Source: Clostridia bacterium
Lineage (GTDB): Bacteria; Bacillota; Clostridia; UMGS1883
Direction of reading: 5' to 3'
Assembly (NCBI GenBank): GCA_045594665.1
Contig: JAZNYX010000017.1
Span: 1,575-65,574 of the forward strand
DNA: 64,000 nt
Shown: in pieces, positions 17,855 to 27,674 of the stretch
Layout: each line of letters begins with the position of its first letter
How positions within the stretch are numbered: the stretch's first letter is position 1
Position numbers and translations under genes: made by a program
The notes under the pieces: model-generated
What the model was told of the DNA's origin: nothing
Databases searched by the model: none
Seen by the model: only the letters and a program-made list of their open reading frames with translations

Positions 17855-20188
17855 TTAACTAATATATGCGGCAAGTACCGTCATATCATCGGTGATATCT
17901 CTTGTTCCCATTTCCTTTGCCTGCTTTAATATCATCTGTGCCAATGCTTCAGGCTCGTCTCCCTCATAGCCCTCAATTAAATTTTTAATCCACGGCAGGC
18001 GCGGAGACTCTCGAGAGCTTATTCCATCGGAAAGCAGAACGACCATGCTCCCTTTTTCCAAAGGAATTGTGAAAACCTCTGTGTCTCCTTTGGCAAAGGA
18101 GCCTGCAGGAAGCGTGGGGGAGGCAATATGGGTAACGTCCCTTTTGGTTTTGGTATAGCTTCCCGAACCGCCGCACTTATATATCTGTGAGGAGCCGTCA
18201 TCAAGATTTATCAGACATAAATCTATCGCCGCCGAGGTTTCGGAAAAAGCACAAAGAAGCATTGAATTTATTATGTTGATTGCGTTCTGTGGGTCTATGC
18301 CGGATTGCATCAGCCGCATTAAAAGCTGTGCAGAAGTGCGGCTTTCCTCACGGGCAATTTCACCGCTTCCCATGCCGTCGCACAGAATGAGAGCATAGGT
18401 GTGCCTGTCAAGCAGGGCATAAAGTGCATAATCTCCGCTTACCTTTTTATTTGCCTTAATGGCACTTGCCACAGCCGTGGTAATGGAGAATGAGGGCTTT
18501 ACCACATAAGTATGATTACATTCACCACAGCTTCGAAGCCCCGTTCTGACAAAGGGCATATTAAAGGTTTCCTCTAAAATTTTGCAGACAGCCCCCTCGC
18601 ACCTGCCAAAGCCTCCGCAGCTTTCAAGGGTTATTTTAATCTGTGTTTCCTCGTCGTTTCCGCAAATGAAAACATCCTTTCCTAAAATACCTTCCTTTCT
18701 CAATCGGGCTTTGAGATTGTCTGCCGCCACACTGTCGCATTGAGGGGTTTGCAGGATAAAATCACCGCTTTTCCCTAAAATCTCTGAAATTCCCGAAAAA
18801 CTGCTGTAGACCGCAGTTCGAAATTCTCCCAGTCTTTGCGTCCACATGCAGTCGTTTTTATATACTTCAAACATTCTTGCAAATTCCGCAATAAACTGCT
18901 CTTTACGAAGACAATGGGGAGGTGCATTTTCGGGAAATACCGCCTCATTGTTTTTAAGGTGAAGGCATAGCGTGTCCATGGCATCTTTTGTAGCCTTGCT
19001 GTCACGTCCCCAGCAGTATTTTCTAAGACCGCATGCACCGCAGGTTTTTCTGGCTGTTCGGTGGTAAAGAAGCATGGTATTATTTTCTTCACTGTTTCTA
19101 AGGTCGGAAATTTTCCGAAAGCTTTTCTCGCAGCTTTTGAGCGTTACCTGTGCTCCTTTGAGCTTGCAGGAGGCAAGCTCAAAGGCAGGCGGAAAAGAGG
19201 AAGAGAATTGGCTCAGTTTATCAAAAAGCTTTTGAGGAATAAAGTATAATATTACAGCCGCCAGCATAGTATCGAATATATTTATTAAAATCTCCGTAGA
19301 ACTGTTTGCAAGAATTGTCACGATTGCGTTTGCCATAATAAATGATACGCATGCAGACCATTTTCCGTACTTTGAAAAATATCCTGCGCATAGTCCCGAC
19401 AGGGCAAAGGAGGCTGCACAGGCATCAATTCTTCCGCGGCTTATACAGCAGATAATTCCCATAATGATACCAACGCTTGAGCCGTGCAGACTACCAAACC
19501 TTACTGCAAATATCAGCACGCACAGCACGCATAAAACTCCCGTTACGGAGAAAATGCCCAGTATGCTTGCATCACCGAAGCCGCACATAACACTTCCTGC
19601 AAAAAATGCCAGCGATACAGTTTCCTCTGCAGTCAGCGTCCGTCTTGCTCCCAGAGAGGAAAGTAAGGGCAGTGCCAGGGAAAATGCCATTACCCCTGCC
19701 CAGATTGTAGCACATTCCACAATCAGAACCACGCTGTCATAAATCAGCGGATAGCCGTCAAAGGTCACATCCGCAAAAAGAAAAAAGTAACCGCATGCCA
19801 TAAGGCACATACTGCTTATTATGGCACTTATAGCGGGGGTCTTGTGCCTATCGGCAAGAAAACGCTCGCTTATCAGTGCAAAGAGCACCGATGAAATTAT
19901 GTACTTTCCGACAGTTAAAAGGCTTCTTCCTGAAAAAATCAGCCCAAGAAGTGCTCCCACACCGCAGGCATAGCTTCCGCTGCGACCAAAATTTGCCGCA
20001 AAAAGGGCATATCCCAGCGGTGATGTTCCTCCGATAAATACTGTCCTTGACATAAGGAAAGCACATACACATTTTATAAAAATGTGCATAGGCAAATATT
20101 TTTTGATAACGGGGGCGGCTTGGGATGTGAAAAAACTGCGTTTTTTCCCGCTTCGCTTTCTAAGCGGCCTTGGCAGAGACTTGTCCAT
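17855..20188 (-). CDS. spoIIE: Stage II sporulation protein E (PP2C phosphatase)
   Basis: About 10 N-terminal TMs, Cys-rich C-x2-C region, C-terminal PP2C motifs SGD, LCDGMGSG, SDG, DDMTV. Confidence 0.9.
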   Translation of the reverse strand: MDKSLPRPLRKRSGKKRSFFTSQAAPVIKKYLPMHIFIKCVCAFLMSRTVFIGGTSPLGYALFAANFGRSGSYACGVGALLGLIFSGRSLLTVGKYIISSVLFALISERFLADRHKTPAISAIISSMCLMACGYFFLFADVTFDGYPLIYDSVVLIVECATIWAGVMAFSLALPLLSSLGARRTLTAEETVSLAFFAGSVMCGFGDASILGIFSVTGVLCVLCVLIFAVRFGSLHGSSVGIIMGIICCISRGRIDACAASFALSGLCAGYFSKYGKWSACVSFIMANAIVTILANSSTEILINIFDTMLAAVILYFIPQKLFDKLSQFSSSFPPAFELASCKLKGAQVTLKSCEKSFRKISDLRNSEENNTMLLYHRTARKTCGACGLRKYCWGRDSKATKDAMDTLCLHLKNNEAVFPENAPPHCLRKEQFIAEFARMFEVYKNDCMWTQRLGEFRTAVYSSFSGISEILGKSGDFILQTPQCDSVAADNLKARLRKEGILGKDVFICGNDEETQIKITLESCGGFGRCEGAVCKILEETFNMPFVRTGLRSCGECNHTYVVKPSFSITTAVASAIKANKKVSGDYALYALLDRHTYALILCDGMGSGEIAREESRTSAQLLMRLMQSGIDPQNAINIINSMLLCAFSETSAAIDLCLINLDDGSSQIYKCGGSGSYTKTKRDVTHIASPTLPAGSFAKGDTEVFTIPLEKGSMVVLLSDGISSRESPRLPWIKNLIEGYEGDEPEALAQMILKQAKEMGTRDITDDMTVLAAYIS

Positions 20189-20221
20189 TTGTAAATCATC
20201 CTTTCAGAAAACATCATTAGT

Positions 20222-20324
20222 ATTTTAGCACCCCTTGCATGGGCTTTTTTGTCAAACCGTGCGTAAGAAAAAAGAAGTTTTCGTCATATATATAGGGTAT
20301 ATTTCAATAAATTTGAATTTGACA
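20222..20324 (-). promoter_or_regulatory. spoIIE promoter region with Spo0A (0A) boxes
   Basis: TGACGAA on minus (20280-20286), TGTCAAA on plus (20250-20256) and on minus (20318-20324), extended -10 TGcTAAAAT on minus. spoIIE is Spo0A-activated in Bacillus and Clostridium. Confidence 0.55.
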
Positions 20325-20345
20325 CAAAATATCCTCAAATTAGAC

Positions 20346-20373
20346 TTGACATTAGTGTCTAAAGGCGTATAAT
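20346..20373 (+). promoter_or_regulatory. Sigma-A promoter of the MATE gene
   Basis: TTGACA-16 nt-TATAAT. Confidence 0.65.
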
Positions 20374-20419
20374 GAAGGCGTAAGAACTTTCGCCTGTTGA
20401 TTTTAGAGAGGTAATTATT

Positions 20420-21808
20420 ATGAAAAAGCACACGGTTGATATGACACAGGGAAATATTTTCAGACATATTATTGCCTTTGCAATTCCGATTATGATTGCA
20501 GGAGTTTTGCAGACTCTTTATAATGCGGCAGATACGGTTGTGGTAGGAAAATTTGCAGGTAAAGAAGCGCTGGCGGCAGTTGGCTCTACATCTTCTGCGA
20601 TCAATCTGCTTTTGGGCGTTTTCATAGGGCTTTCCTCAGCTACAAATGTTGTTGTTGCCCGAAAATTCGGTGCAGGTAATAAAAACGGTGTTTCCAAAGC
20701 GGTTCATACAGCCATTGCGGTATGTATTGCAGGCGGTATTTTCATGGCTGTTATGGGAATTATTTTTTGCAAGAAAATTCTCATTTTAATGGGTTCTCCC
20801 GATGATGTTATAGGGCTTGCCACCCTTTATATGCGAATCTATTTTGCCGGCATCCCCGTGGTGCTTTTGTACAATTTCGGCAGTGCTGTTATGCGTGCCG
20901 TCGGTGATGCTAAAAGACCTACATATTATCTTATGGGTGCAGGATTGATAAATGTATCGCTGAATCTTCTTTTTGTAATTGTATTTGATATGAGTGTGGC
21001 AGGTGTTGCTTTGGCAACCATTATAGCACAGGCAGTCTCCGCGCTTTTGGTTCTTCGCAGCCTGGTAAAAACCGAGGAATGCTTTAAGCTTGATATAAAG
21101 AAAATAAAGGTATACAGAGAGGAACTTCGTGAAATGATTCTCCTTGGTGTTCCTGCAGGGATTCAGGGAGCCATGTTCTCTCTTTCAAATGTTATAATCC
21201 AGTCCTCAATTAACAGCTGCGGAAGCACGGTAATAGCAGGAAACAGTGCAGCCTCCAGCGTGGAGGGAATAGTTTATATTGCGATGAACGCATTCTTCCA
21301 TGCCGCTCTTACCTTCACGGGGCAGAACTTAGGCGCCCATAATTTTAAGCGTATAAGGAAGGGCTTTTGGACAACTTTCTGTATAGCACTGATTTTTGGT
21401 GTAGTTGTGTCGCAGTCGGTGCTTTGGCTTTCACCTCTTCTTCTCAGAATGTATACCGATTCCGATGCGGTTGTTGCAGTAGGCGGTATCAGAATGAGTG
21501 TAATTTGTGCGACCTATTTCCTTTGCGGACTTATGGAAATTTCAACAGGTTCGCTCCGCGGCCTCGGCGTTGCAAACCGTGCTATGTTTACAAGCCTTGT
21601 AGGCGTGTGCGGAGTGCGACTTTTGATGGTATATCTCTATGCACCGTATAAAGTGGCGACGGACCTTAAGCCTCTGTTCTTGTCGTATCCCATTTCATGG
21701 GTTATCACCGGCGGCACACTTATGATTTTCTTCTTCTCAATAGTAAAAAGCCGTGAGAAAAAGTGGCAGGAACATCTTCAAAGTAAACAAAACAGCCGGG
21801 CAGTGTAA
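20420..21808 (+). CDS. MATE family efflux transporter
   Basis: DMTQGNIFRHIIAFAIP, YNAADTVVVG, GDAKRP, GVALATIIAQ; 12 TM. Confidence 0.92.
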   Translation: MKKHTVDMTQGNIFRHIIAFAIPIMIAGVLQTLYNAADTVVVGKFAGKEALAAVGSTSSAINLLLGVFIGLSSATNVVVARKFGAGNKNGVSKAVHTAIAVCIAGGIFMAVMGIIFCKKILILMGSPDDVIGLATLYMRIYFAGIPVVLLYNFGSAVMRAVGDAKRPTYYLMGAGLINVSLNLLFVIVFDMSVAGVALATIIAQAVSALLVLRSLVKTEECFKLDIKKIKVYREELREMILLGVPAGIQGAMFSLSNVIIQSSINSCGSTVIAGNSAASSVEGIVYIAMNAFFHAALTFTGQNLGAHNFKRIRKGFWTTFCIALIFGVVVSQSVLWLSPLLLRMYTDSDAVVAVGGIRMSVICATYFLCGLMEISTGSLRGLGVANRAMFTSLVGVCGVRLLMVYLYAPYKVATDLKPLFLSYPISWVITGGTLMIFFFSIVKSREKKWQEHLQSKQNSRAV

Positions 21809-21938
21809 ATTGTTGGATATATTAAGTCTTTTCTACTTCCTGTTTTTATTGCGAAAAACGACGAAAATAAGGGCATTCCTTGAACTATCGTTTTTTCGTG
21901 TGGTATAATAAAAGCAAAAAAGGAAAGAAGGCTTTATT

Positions 21939-22709
21939 ATGGAATTTATAAAAGATAAGCTTACAGTTAAAACTTTTGAAACCAGAGATGAGATGGGAAT
22001 AGCCTCTGCAAGGGATATTTCGGTATGTATTAAAAAAATGCTTGCTGAAAAAGAAGAAATTAATATTATCTTTGCCGCAGCTCCCTCGCAGAGTGATATG
22101 CTTCTTCATTTGTGTGAGGAAGAAGGAATAGAATGGAACAGAATCAATGCCTTTCACATGGATGAATATATTGGTCTTGCTCCTGATGCACCCCAGTGCT
22201 TTTCAAATTTTCTTAAGAGAGAAATTTTCGACCTTAAGCCCTTTAAGAGCGTTAATTTAATCAATGCCGGTGCCGCAGACGCCAAGGAGGAAGCAAAAAG
22301 ATATGCAGCCCTTCTTAAAGAAAACCCTGTAGATATTGTGCTGATGGGTATAGGTGAAAACGGACATATTGCATTTAATGACCCTCACGAAGCTCGCTTT
22401 GACGACCCTGAAACCGTCAAGGTGGTAACACTTGACGATGTTTGCAGAATGCAGCAGGTTAATGACGGCTGCTTTGCAAAGCTTGACGATGTTCCGAAGT
22501 TTGCCCTTACCCTCACCATTCCTACACTGATGTCTGCAAAGTATAATTTCTGTGTAGTGCCTGCACCCACAAAGGCAAATGCAGTAAAAAGAACCGTGCT
22601 TGGCGAAATTAATGAGGAATGTCCCGCAACGGCTCTGCGTATGAAGGATAATGCAATTCTCTACTGCGATAAGGACAGCAGTGCGCTTATAAAGGATGAA
22701 GTGAAATGA
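21939..22709 (+). CDS. nagB: Glucosamine-6-phosphate deaminase family protein
   Basis: AFHMDEYIGL, GIGENGHIAFNDP, CPATALR; adjacent to nagA. Confidence 0.8.
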   Translation: MEFIKDKLTVKTFETRDEMGIASARDISVCIKKMLAEKEEINIIFAAAPSQSDMLLHLCEEEGIEWNRINAFHMDEYIGLAPDAPQCFSNFLKREIFDLKPFKSVNLINAGAADAKEEAKRYAALLKENPVDIVLMGIGENGHIAFNDPHEARFDDPETVKVVTLDDVCRMQQVNDGCFAKLDDVPKFALTLTIPTLMSAKYNFCVVPAPTKANAVKRTVLGEINEECPATALRMKDNAILYCDKDSSALIKDEVK

Positions 22710-23884
22710 TTACTAAAATAGCAGGCGGAAAAGTTATAACCGACAGAAAAATTGAAAATGCAGACGTCTATTTTGAAGACGGAAAAATTATTGCCGTAAC
22801 GAATGAGCGTCTTAAGTACGATGCACAAATTGATGCAAAGGGGAAGTATGTTTCCCCCGGATTTATAGAAATACATACTCACGGAGCGGCGGACTTTGAT
22901 TTCCTTGATAATGACCCTGATGGATTTATCAGAATTGCCGAGGCACATGCCGCACACGGAACGGGAAGCCTTCTTCCCACAATTACCTCCGCGGATAAGG
23001 ATAGCACCATAGAGTCCATAAAAGTATTTGACAGCGTAAAAAATAAAAATACCACAGGTGCAAACCTTTTGGGTGTTCATCTTGAAGGACCGTACTTTGC
23101 CCCATCACAAAAGGGCGCGCAGGAGGAAAGATTTCTGCGTGATTTTGATAAGGCTGAATATGATGAAATTATTGCATCCACCGACAGTATTATGCGCTGG
23201 ACGGGAGCTCCCGAACTTAGCGGAGCAGAGGAATTTGCAAAAACGCTTAAATCGCATGGGATTCTTCCTTGTATAGGTCACAGTGATGCTGACAGCACTT
23301 GTGCAAAAAAAGCTTTTGAATATGGGTTTACACATGTCACTCATCTTTATTCCTGCGTAAGCACCGTTCACAGAAAGAATGCTTTCAGATATGCAGGCAT
23401 TGTAGAAGCGGCATATCTTCTTGATGATATGACCGTGGAAATCATTGCTGACGGAGTGCATCTGCCTCCCGATCTTTTAAAGTTTGTATACAAATTCAAA
23501 GGACCCGAGAAGACCGCCCTTGTAACCGACTCCATGCGCGGTGCAGGTATGCCTGACGGCCCCAGTGTTTTGGGAAAGAGGGATAACGGACTTTCCGTTA
23601 TAATAGAGGACGGCGTTGCCAAGCTTCCTGACAGAAGTGCTTTTGCAGGCAGTGTTGCATTTTGTGACAGACTTGTAAGAAATATGATAAATCTTGCTGA
23701 TGTACCTATTGAGGATGCAGTATATATGGCGACACAGACACCTGCAAGGATAGTAGGTATCGAAAATAAAGGTGCAATAAAGCAAGGGTTTGATGCAGAC
23801 ATCATAATATTTGATGAAAATATTAACATAGAAAGAAACATCGTAGGCGGAAAGACGGTGTATATTGATGAAAACAAACAATAA
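22706..23884 (+). CDS. nagA: N-acetylglucosamine-6-phosphate deacetylase
   Basis: PGFIEIHTHG, HLEGPY, GHSDA, THLYS, IIADGVH, LVTDSM, FAGS. Confidence 0.9.
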   Translation: MITKIAGGKVITDRKIENADVYFEDGKIIAVTNERLKYDAQIDAKGKYVSPGFIEIHTHGAADFDFLDNDPDGFIRIAEAHAAHGTGSLLPTITSADKDSTIESIKVFDSVKNKNTTGANLLGVHLEGPYFAPSQKGAQEERFLRDFDKAEYDEIIASTDSIMRWTGAPELSGAEEFAKTLKSHGILPCIGHSDADSTCAKKAFEYGFTHVTHLYSCVSTVHRKNAFRYAGIVEAAYLLDDMTVEIIADGVHLPPDLLKFVYKFKGPEKTALVTDSMRGAGMPDGPSVLGKRDNGLSVIIEDGVAKLPDRSAFAGSVAFCDRLVRNMINLADVPIEDAVYMATQTPARIVGIENKGAIKQGFDADIIIFDENINIERNIVGGKTVYIDENKQ

Positions 23885-24701
23885 TCAATTCCATGAGCTT
23901 GAAAAGGACATTATAGTATTTCACAACAAAAATGAAATTCCGCATATTTCAATTCCGCACCTTCACAGTCAGTACGAAATTAATTATAACATCAGCGGAG
24001 CAAAGGGCTTCATGATTGGCGGAGAGGTGTACGAATGCAGTAAGCGTAATTTGATTCTGATTCCCAAGGTTCAGACTCATAAGGTGGTAGTAAAGCCAAA
24101 TGAGCCGTATGAAAGATGCATAATCAATATTGATGAGTATGTGGTGGAGCTTATAGCGGCGATGTGCGAAGAAAGCAGTATAGAATGGATTCGCTCCGAT
24201 GCAGCCATGGTGGACCTTAGTGAGGAAGAACATAATGAATTCATGTCGCTCGTACATGAATACAACCGCCTCGAAAATGATAAGAATTCATTGCTTGCCT
24301 TTTCAAAGCTTCTGGAGATGATGTCTTTTTTAAAAAGAATGTTTGAAAAGCCCCATAAGCAAAAACGAATGGAACACGATATGATTTCCCATACCGATTT
24401 GGTGCTTAAATGTGTCGAACAAAGTTTCAGACGTATTAGTGTGGGAGAAATTGCAAAGGAGATTTATATTAACGAGGATCATATGAACCGCGTTTTCAGG
24501 GAGAACACTGGGCTTACAATCAAGCAGTACCTTACGCTTCGTAAAATTGCCGAGGCAAAAAAGCATCTTTATCTCGGCAAAAGTGTTAAGGATGCATGTA
24601 TTCTCTCGGGATTCGGAAATTACGCAAATTTTCTCCGTACCTTTAAAAAGTATGAGGGATATTCCCCCGGAAAGCTCAAGGAACTTACGCAGCCTTTATA
24701 A
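23868..24701 (+). CDS. AraC family transcriptional regulator
   Basis: Cupin N-terminus (HLHSQYE) and C-terminal double HTH (SGFGNYANFLRTFKKYEGYSP). Confidence 0.9.
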   Translation: MKTNNNQFHELEKDIIVFHNKNEIPHISIPHLHSQYEINYNISGAKGFMIGGEVYECSKRNLILIPKVQTHKVVVKPNEPYERCIINIDEYVVELIAAMCEESSIEWIRSDAAMVDLSEEEHNEFMSLVHEYNRLENDKNSLLAFSKLLEMMSFLKRMFEKPHKQKRMEHDMISHTDLVLKCVEQSFRRISVGEIAKEIYINEDHMNRVFRENTGLTIKQYLTLRKIAEAKKHLYLGKSVKDACILSGFGNYANFLRTFKKYEGYSPGKLKELTQPL

Positions 24702-24711
24702 AGGGTTTTGA

Positions 24712-24740
24712 TTGACAAAGTATTGCATTAATTGTATAAT
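24712..24740 (+). promoter_or_regulatory. Sigma-A promoter of the GDPD gene
   Basis: Consensus TTGACA-17 nt-TATAAT. Confidence 0.75.
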
Positions 24741-24819
24741 TAAATAGATGTATAGTATTGGAGACACATCAAACCCTTTGTTTGATGTGTCTGAATTTTT
24801 TAGGAGGCATATAAAGGTT

Positions 24820-25563
24820 ATGAACACTATCAAATTTGACAAGAAAAACGTGAAGGTTATTGCACATCGCGGCTTAAGCGGAATTGAGACGGAAAACACA
24901 AACAGTGCTTTTGTAGCGGCAGGTAACAGAAGCTATTATGGAATAGAAACCGATATCCACGTTACACCCGATGAAAAATTCATTGTAATTCACGATGAGC
25001 TTACGGTGAGAGTGTCCGATACCGTTGTAAATGTAGAGAAAACACCCTACGACGAGCTTAGAAAAATCCGTCTTAATAACATTTGCAAATACGACGAGGA
25101 AGGGCTTTGCAAAAATGATGTAAGGGGAGACATCATTCTTCCTAATCTTGCCGAGTATGTGGGAATTTGCAGAAAGTATGAAAAGAAGTGCATCCTTGAG
25201 CTTAAACGCCGTTTTGAAACAAAGCATATAAAGAAGGTTATCGATGAGCTTAAGGCTCTCAACTATCTTGAAAATGTAGTTTTCATCTCCTTTGATTTTG
25301 ATAATCTGGTTGACCTTCGTGCTCTTTTGCCCGATGCAGAAATTCAGTACCTTGTATACGATTACGATGCTGATGTACGTGAAAAGCTTAATAAATATAA
25401 TTTTGAGCTTGATATTAAGTACACGGCACTTACTCCCGAAATTATCAGCGAGGTACATACCGACGGACATAAGGTAAATTGCTGGACTGTTGATAATAAG
25501 GATGACGGTGAAAGACTTACAAACTGGGGAGTAGATTACATAACTACAAATATATTGGAATAA
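24820..25563 (+). CDS. Glycerophosphodiester phosphodiesterase family protein
   Basis: IAHRGLSG, ENT, IETDIH, VIHD, WTVD, GVDYITTN. Start at ATG 24820 after AGGAGG. Confidence 0.88.
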   Translation: MNTIKFDKKNVKVIAHRGLSGIETENTNSAFVAAGNRSYYGIETDIHVTPDEKFIVIHDELTVRVSDTVVNVEKTPYDELRKIRLNNICKYDEEGLCKNDVRGDIILPNLAEYVGICRKYEKKCILELKRRFETKHIKKVIDELKALNYLENVVFISFDFDNLVDLRALLPDAEIQYLVYDYDADVREKLNKYNFELDIKYTALTPEIISEVHTDGHKVNCWTVDNKDDGERLTNWGVDYITTNILE

Positions 25564-25732
25564 TATAATTTTTACTTATAACTCATATAATCTTATTTAT
25601 ATTTGATTATATGAGTTATAGGTGTTATAATAGCCATATTAAAAAGAGGTTGTCTTTTTTGTACACTTTGGTGTATTAAAAAGAAACCTCCTTATTTTTT
25701 GCTCAAATTTGGTAAATTTTATAAACTATATA

Positions 25733-25761
25733 TTGAAAAGTGAAATTTTTTGAGGTATAAT
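25733..25761 (+). promoter_or_regulatory. Sigma-A promoter of the decarboxylase operon
   Basis: TTGAAA-17 nt-TATAAT; a second TG-TATAAT lies immediately downstream. Confidence 0.65.
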
Positions 25762-25850
25762 GTGTTATAATGGGAAAAATTTTTGAAAGTCAGGCATAAG
25801 GGGAGCAGAATTTGCTCACCTGTGCTCAAAAAAAGGTAGGAGGTATAATC

Positions 25851-27329
25851 ATGAGTTCAATGGAAAAAGTGTCCGACCTTCTTGCCAAAAAGGCTGAAAT
25901 TGCTCTTGGCGGCGGTAAGGAGAAGCAGGACCAACAGCGTAGCAGCGGCTCTATGACAGCAAGAGAGCGTATAGATGCACTTCTTGACGAGGGCAGCTTT
26001 GTGGAAATCGGTGCATTTGTTTCCGCACGTAATGAGGAAACAGCGGCAGACGGCGTTATCACCGGATACGGCAGCATCGATTCAAGACTGGTATACGTTT
26101 ATTCTCAGGACGTAACCGTTTTAGGCGGCAGCATGGGTGAAATGTATGCTAACAAAATTAATAAAATCGTGGATATGGCAGCGAAAATGGGTGCTCCCGT
26201 TATCGGTATGCTTGACTCTAACGGAGTAAGGCTTTCCGACGGCCCCAGAGTACAGCGTGCCATGGGAAGAGTGCTTAGTGCATTTGCAAACATCAGCGGT
26301 GTGGTTCCCAACATCAGCATTGTGTTTGGTAACTGTGCAGGCGGAAGTGCAATTGCAGCGGCAATGAGCGACTTTGTTATTATGAACGGTAAAACGGGAA
26401 AAATGTTTGTAACAGGCCCCGACATTATTGAGGCAACCGAGGGAAAAGCTCCCGAAGTTGATGCAAAGGGCAGTGTTAATAAAAACGGCAACGCACATTT
26501 CATAGGTGAAGATGATGAAAGCTGCATAGAGATTGCAAAGCTCCTCCTTTCATACCTTCCTTCAAATAACCTTTCCGATGCGTTCCAGTTTGAAACGATG
26601 GACGACCCGGGCCGTCCCTGCGAAATTCTCAATGATATTGATTCAATCGAGGATGCAAGGATTGTTATTGCAGAAATTGCCGATGACAAAGCTTTCTTTG
26701 AAGTTCAGGCAGATTATGCAGATGAGGCATCAATCGGATTTATCAGAATTAACGGCAGTGTAGTGGGCGTTCTTGCCACAAGCGGTGACGAAATTTCAAG
26801 CCGTGCCGCACAGAAAATGGAAAGATTTGTACGCTTCTGCGACTGCTATAATACACCTATTCTTACAATTACCGATGTTTCGGGCTTTAAGGCAAGTGCG
26901 AGCGAAGAAGCATGGGGTCTTGCAAGAAAGAGTGCCGAGCTTATGTACGCATTTGTTGAGGCAACCGTTCCCAAGGTAAACCTTATCACAAAGAAGGCAT
27001 ACGGCACTGCATATACCCTTATGAATTCAAAGCAGGGCGGTGCAGACCTTATCTTTGCTTATCCTACAGCCCAGATGGCACCCCTTCCTCCTGCGGCAGG
27101 CGTAGGTATGCTTTACAGTGAAAGACTTAAAGCAGGGGAGAGCCGCGAAGCACTTGAAAAGGAATATGTTGAAACAGAAGCATCAATTTACAATGCGGCA
27201 AGACTTGGCTGTATAGATGACATTATTGCCCCCTCGGAGACCAGAGTTCGCATTGCGGCGGCTCTTGAAATGCTCAGAAGTAAGCGTGCCGGAGCTATTT
27301 CCAAAAAGCATGACAATTTGTCACTGTAG
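25851..27329 (+). CDS. Acyl-CoA carboxyltransferase (MmdA/PccB-like alpha subunit)
   Basis: TARERIDALLDEGSFVE, DGVITGYG, QDVTVLGGS, CAGG, GCIDDIIAP, KKHDNLSL. Start after AGGAGG. Confidence 0.85.
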   Translation: MSSMEKVSDLLAKKAEIALGGGKEKQDQQRSSGSMTARERIDALLDEGSFVEIGAFVSARNEETAADGVITGYGSIDSRLVYVYSQDVTVLGGSMGEMYANKINKIVDMAAKMGAPVIGMLDSNGVRLSDGPRVQRAMGRVLSAFANISGVVPNISIVFGNCAGGSAIAAAMSDFVIMNGKTGKMFVTGPDIIEATEGKAPEVDAKGSVNKNGNAHFIGEDDESCIEIAKLLLSYLPSNNLSDAFQFETMDDPGRPCEILNDIDSIEDARIVIAEIADDKAFFEVQADYADEASIGFIRINGSVVGVLATSGDEISSRAAQKMERFVRFCDCYNTPILTITDVSGFKASASEEAWGLARKSAELMYAFVEATVPKVNLITKKAYGTAYTLMNSKQGGADLIFAYPTAQMAPLPPAAGVGMLYSERLKAGESREALEKEYVETEASIYNAARLGCIDDIIAPSETRVRIAAALEMLRSKRAGAISKKHDNLSL

Positions 27330-27360
27330 GCATAAGGTAGCCCAGCTCAATATGGTTTAA
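27327..27360 (-). repeat. Operon motif copy A (inverted, overlapping the carboxyltransferase stop codon)
   Basis: Reverse complement ttaaaccatattgagctgggctaccttatgccta matches copy B at 28/34 and copy C at 27/34 positions. Confidence 0.8.
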
Positions 27361-27540
27361 AAACATAAATTTCGCATAATACTGCAGAAAATTCTTCAAA
27401 TATACGACAGTATTATTCTCAAATTTTCTTTGTCTTATAGCAAAATTTCTTGTTTTTAAACTCTTCGACCTTAAACGCAGGAAAATTTGATATGATTTTT
27501 GTGCGGAGGACGAAGACAGGCTGACGCCTTTCGAGGTTGA

Positions 27541-27581
27541 TTTCCCCGTTGGGGAAAATGTCCGCTTGCGGACAAAAGGGG
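27541..27581. repeat. Short palindromic element of the same style as 12335 and 13638
   Basis: tttcccc-gtt-ggggaaa then tgtccgc-tt-gcggaca-aaagggg. Confidence 0.55.
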
Positions 27582-27612
27582 CACGGTCGGGGGACGACAA
27601 ATAAAAAGAATA

Positions 27613-27666
27613 CAAATTTAACAAGGTTAAGGCATATTGGACTGGACTCCCTTATGCCTAAGGAGG
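27613..27666 (+). repeat. Operon motif copy B (leader of oadG)
   Basis: caaatttaacaaggttaaggcatattggactggactcccttatgcctaaggagg, running into the RBS. Confidence 0.85.
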
Positions 27667-27674
27667 ATTAGCAA

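Noticed and set aside
27295-27624. 109-aa minus-strand ORF inside the A-B inverted interval
   Set aside because: It has no RBS, runs through a palindromic repeat, overlaps the carboxyltransferase 3' end and has no recognisable domain; it is not a recombinase.
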